Source of the DNA: Candidatus Nanoarchaeia archaeon
Lineage (GTDB): Archaea; Nanobdellota; Nanobdellia; CSSed11-243R1
Direction of reading: 5' to 3'
Length of the DNA stretch: 32,000 bases
Assembly: GCA_028713895.1 (NCBI GenBank)
Contig: JAQTNH010000001.1
Coordinates: forward strand, 157,050-189,049
The translations under genes and the position numbers were made by a program. Shown here one piece after another: positions 31,602-32,000 of the stretch. A model generated the notes under the pieces. The model saw only the letters and a program-made list of their open reading frames with translations. It searched no databases and had not been told where the DNA came from. Position 1 is the stretch's first letter. Each line of letters starts with the position of its first letter.

Positions 31602-31614
31602 CGACCTCATTGAG

Positions 31615-32000
31615 ATGAAGAAATACATAAATCACAGAGTTAACTCGCTTACAGAATTGCATATAATTGATTACTTAAGCCGATATTCTGACATGCTTCT
31701 TGAAGAGATTGTAAAAAAACCAAATTATAGATATGTAGTGATTGACAACAAGCTGGCATACTCCTGCTGCAAAAAAAAGTTATCGCAAATGCTGACAAAC
31801 ATACACGGGGAATACGAAATGGCGTTCAGCATGAGAATTGATGACATGAACACGTTGGCTGAACTGGTTGCAAAGCAGGGACTGCATGACCTTGAGACTA
31901 TGGCGCGGCTGGGCGAAAGCTGCTACAGTGTAAGCCATATTGCATCTGATAACCAGGATGATGACGTGTCTGCGGTGGGAAAGATAATGGCGTATTCTGT
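31615..32000 (+). CDS. hypothetical protein, 3' end cut by the window edge
   Basis: ATG 31615 with the frame open to the end of the window (MKKYINHRVNSLTELHIIDYLSRYSD...). No family recognised. Confidence 0.55.
   Translation, partial: MKKYINHRVNSLTELHIIDYLSRYSDMLLEEIVKKPNYRYVVIDNKLAYSCCKKKLSQMLTNIHGEYEMAFSMRIDDMNTLAELVAKQGLHDLETMARLGESCYSVSHIASDNQDDDVSAVGKIMAYS

Overview
AT-rich archaeal chromosome segment. It is probably from a small-genome DPANN-type archaeon; that is an inference from archaeal 16S/23S signatures, BRE/TATA promoters with many leaderless genes, Sec61beta and unlinked rRNA genes. I had no BLAST, HMM or folding tools, so all calls come from reading the sequence and ORF translations. 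RNA ends are +/-10-20 nt. Four stable-RNA genes lie on the + strand: 16S rRNA (1385-2932, with a 55-nt hairpin insertion), tRNA-Ala(UGC) (12056-12127), 23S rRNA (14591-17550) and RNase P RNA (22258-22601). The ancestral order 16S-tRNAAla-23S is kept, but 9.1 kb and 2.5 kb of accessory protein genes fill the spacers. Accessory island 1 (3.1-14.4 kb) holds a GNAT, an RHH protein coupled to an 843-aa protein with 13-14 strict 19-residue beta-solenoid repeats, a CheD-like Cys/His protein and an unlisted 44-aa zinc ribbon on the minus strand. It also holds two paralogous membrane proteins with a transglutaminase-like Cys-His-Asp core, each followed by a small partner ORF, and two further unknowns. 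Island 2 (17.9-22.2 kb) is a tandem expansion of four winged-helix proteins with a conserved C-terminal four-Cys tail. It includes a duplicated two-gene module whose second genes are driven by a perfect 33-bp repeated promoter. The island promoters share a near-identical BRE/TATA block (GCTTTCGAAAGGTTTATAAG) and a TAGTAG-type box or palindrome between TATA and the start codon. A conserved T-rich hairpin plus AAACATTAA element follows every stable RNA gene. The right third (22.7-32 kb) is mostly housekeeping: Sec61beta, tmk, ADP-forming acyl-CoA synthetase alpha-like protein, EF-Tu-family GTPase, DUF378 and mnmA. It also has several small zinc-ribbon and SWIB-like ORFs missed by the 60-aa ORF cutoff. 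No CRISPR array, transposase, integrase or 5S rRNA could be supported.
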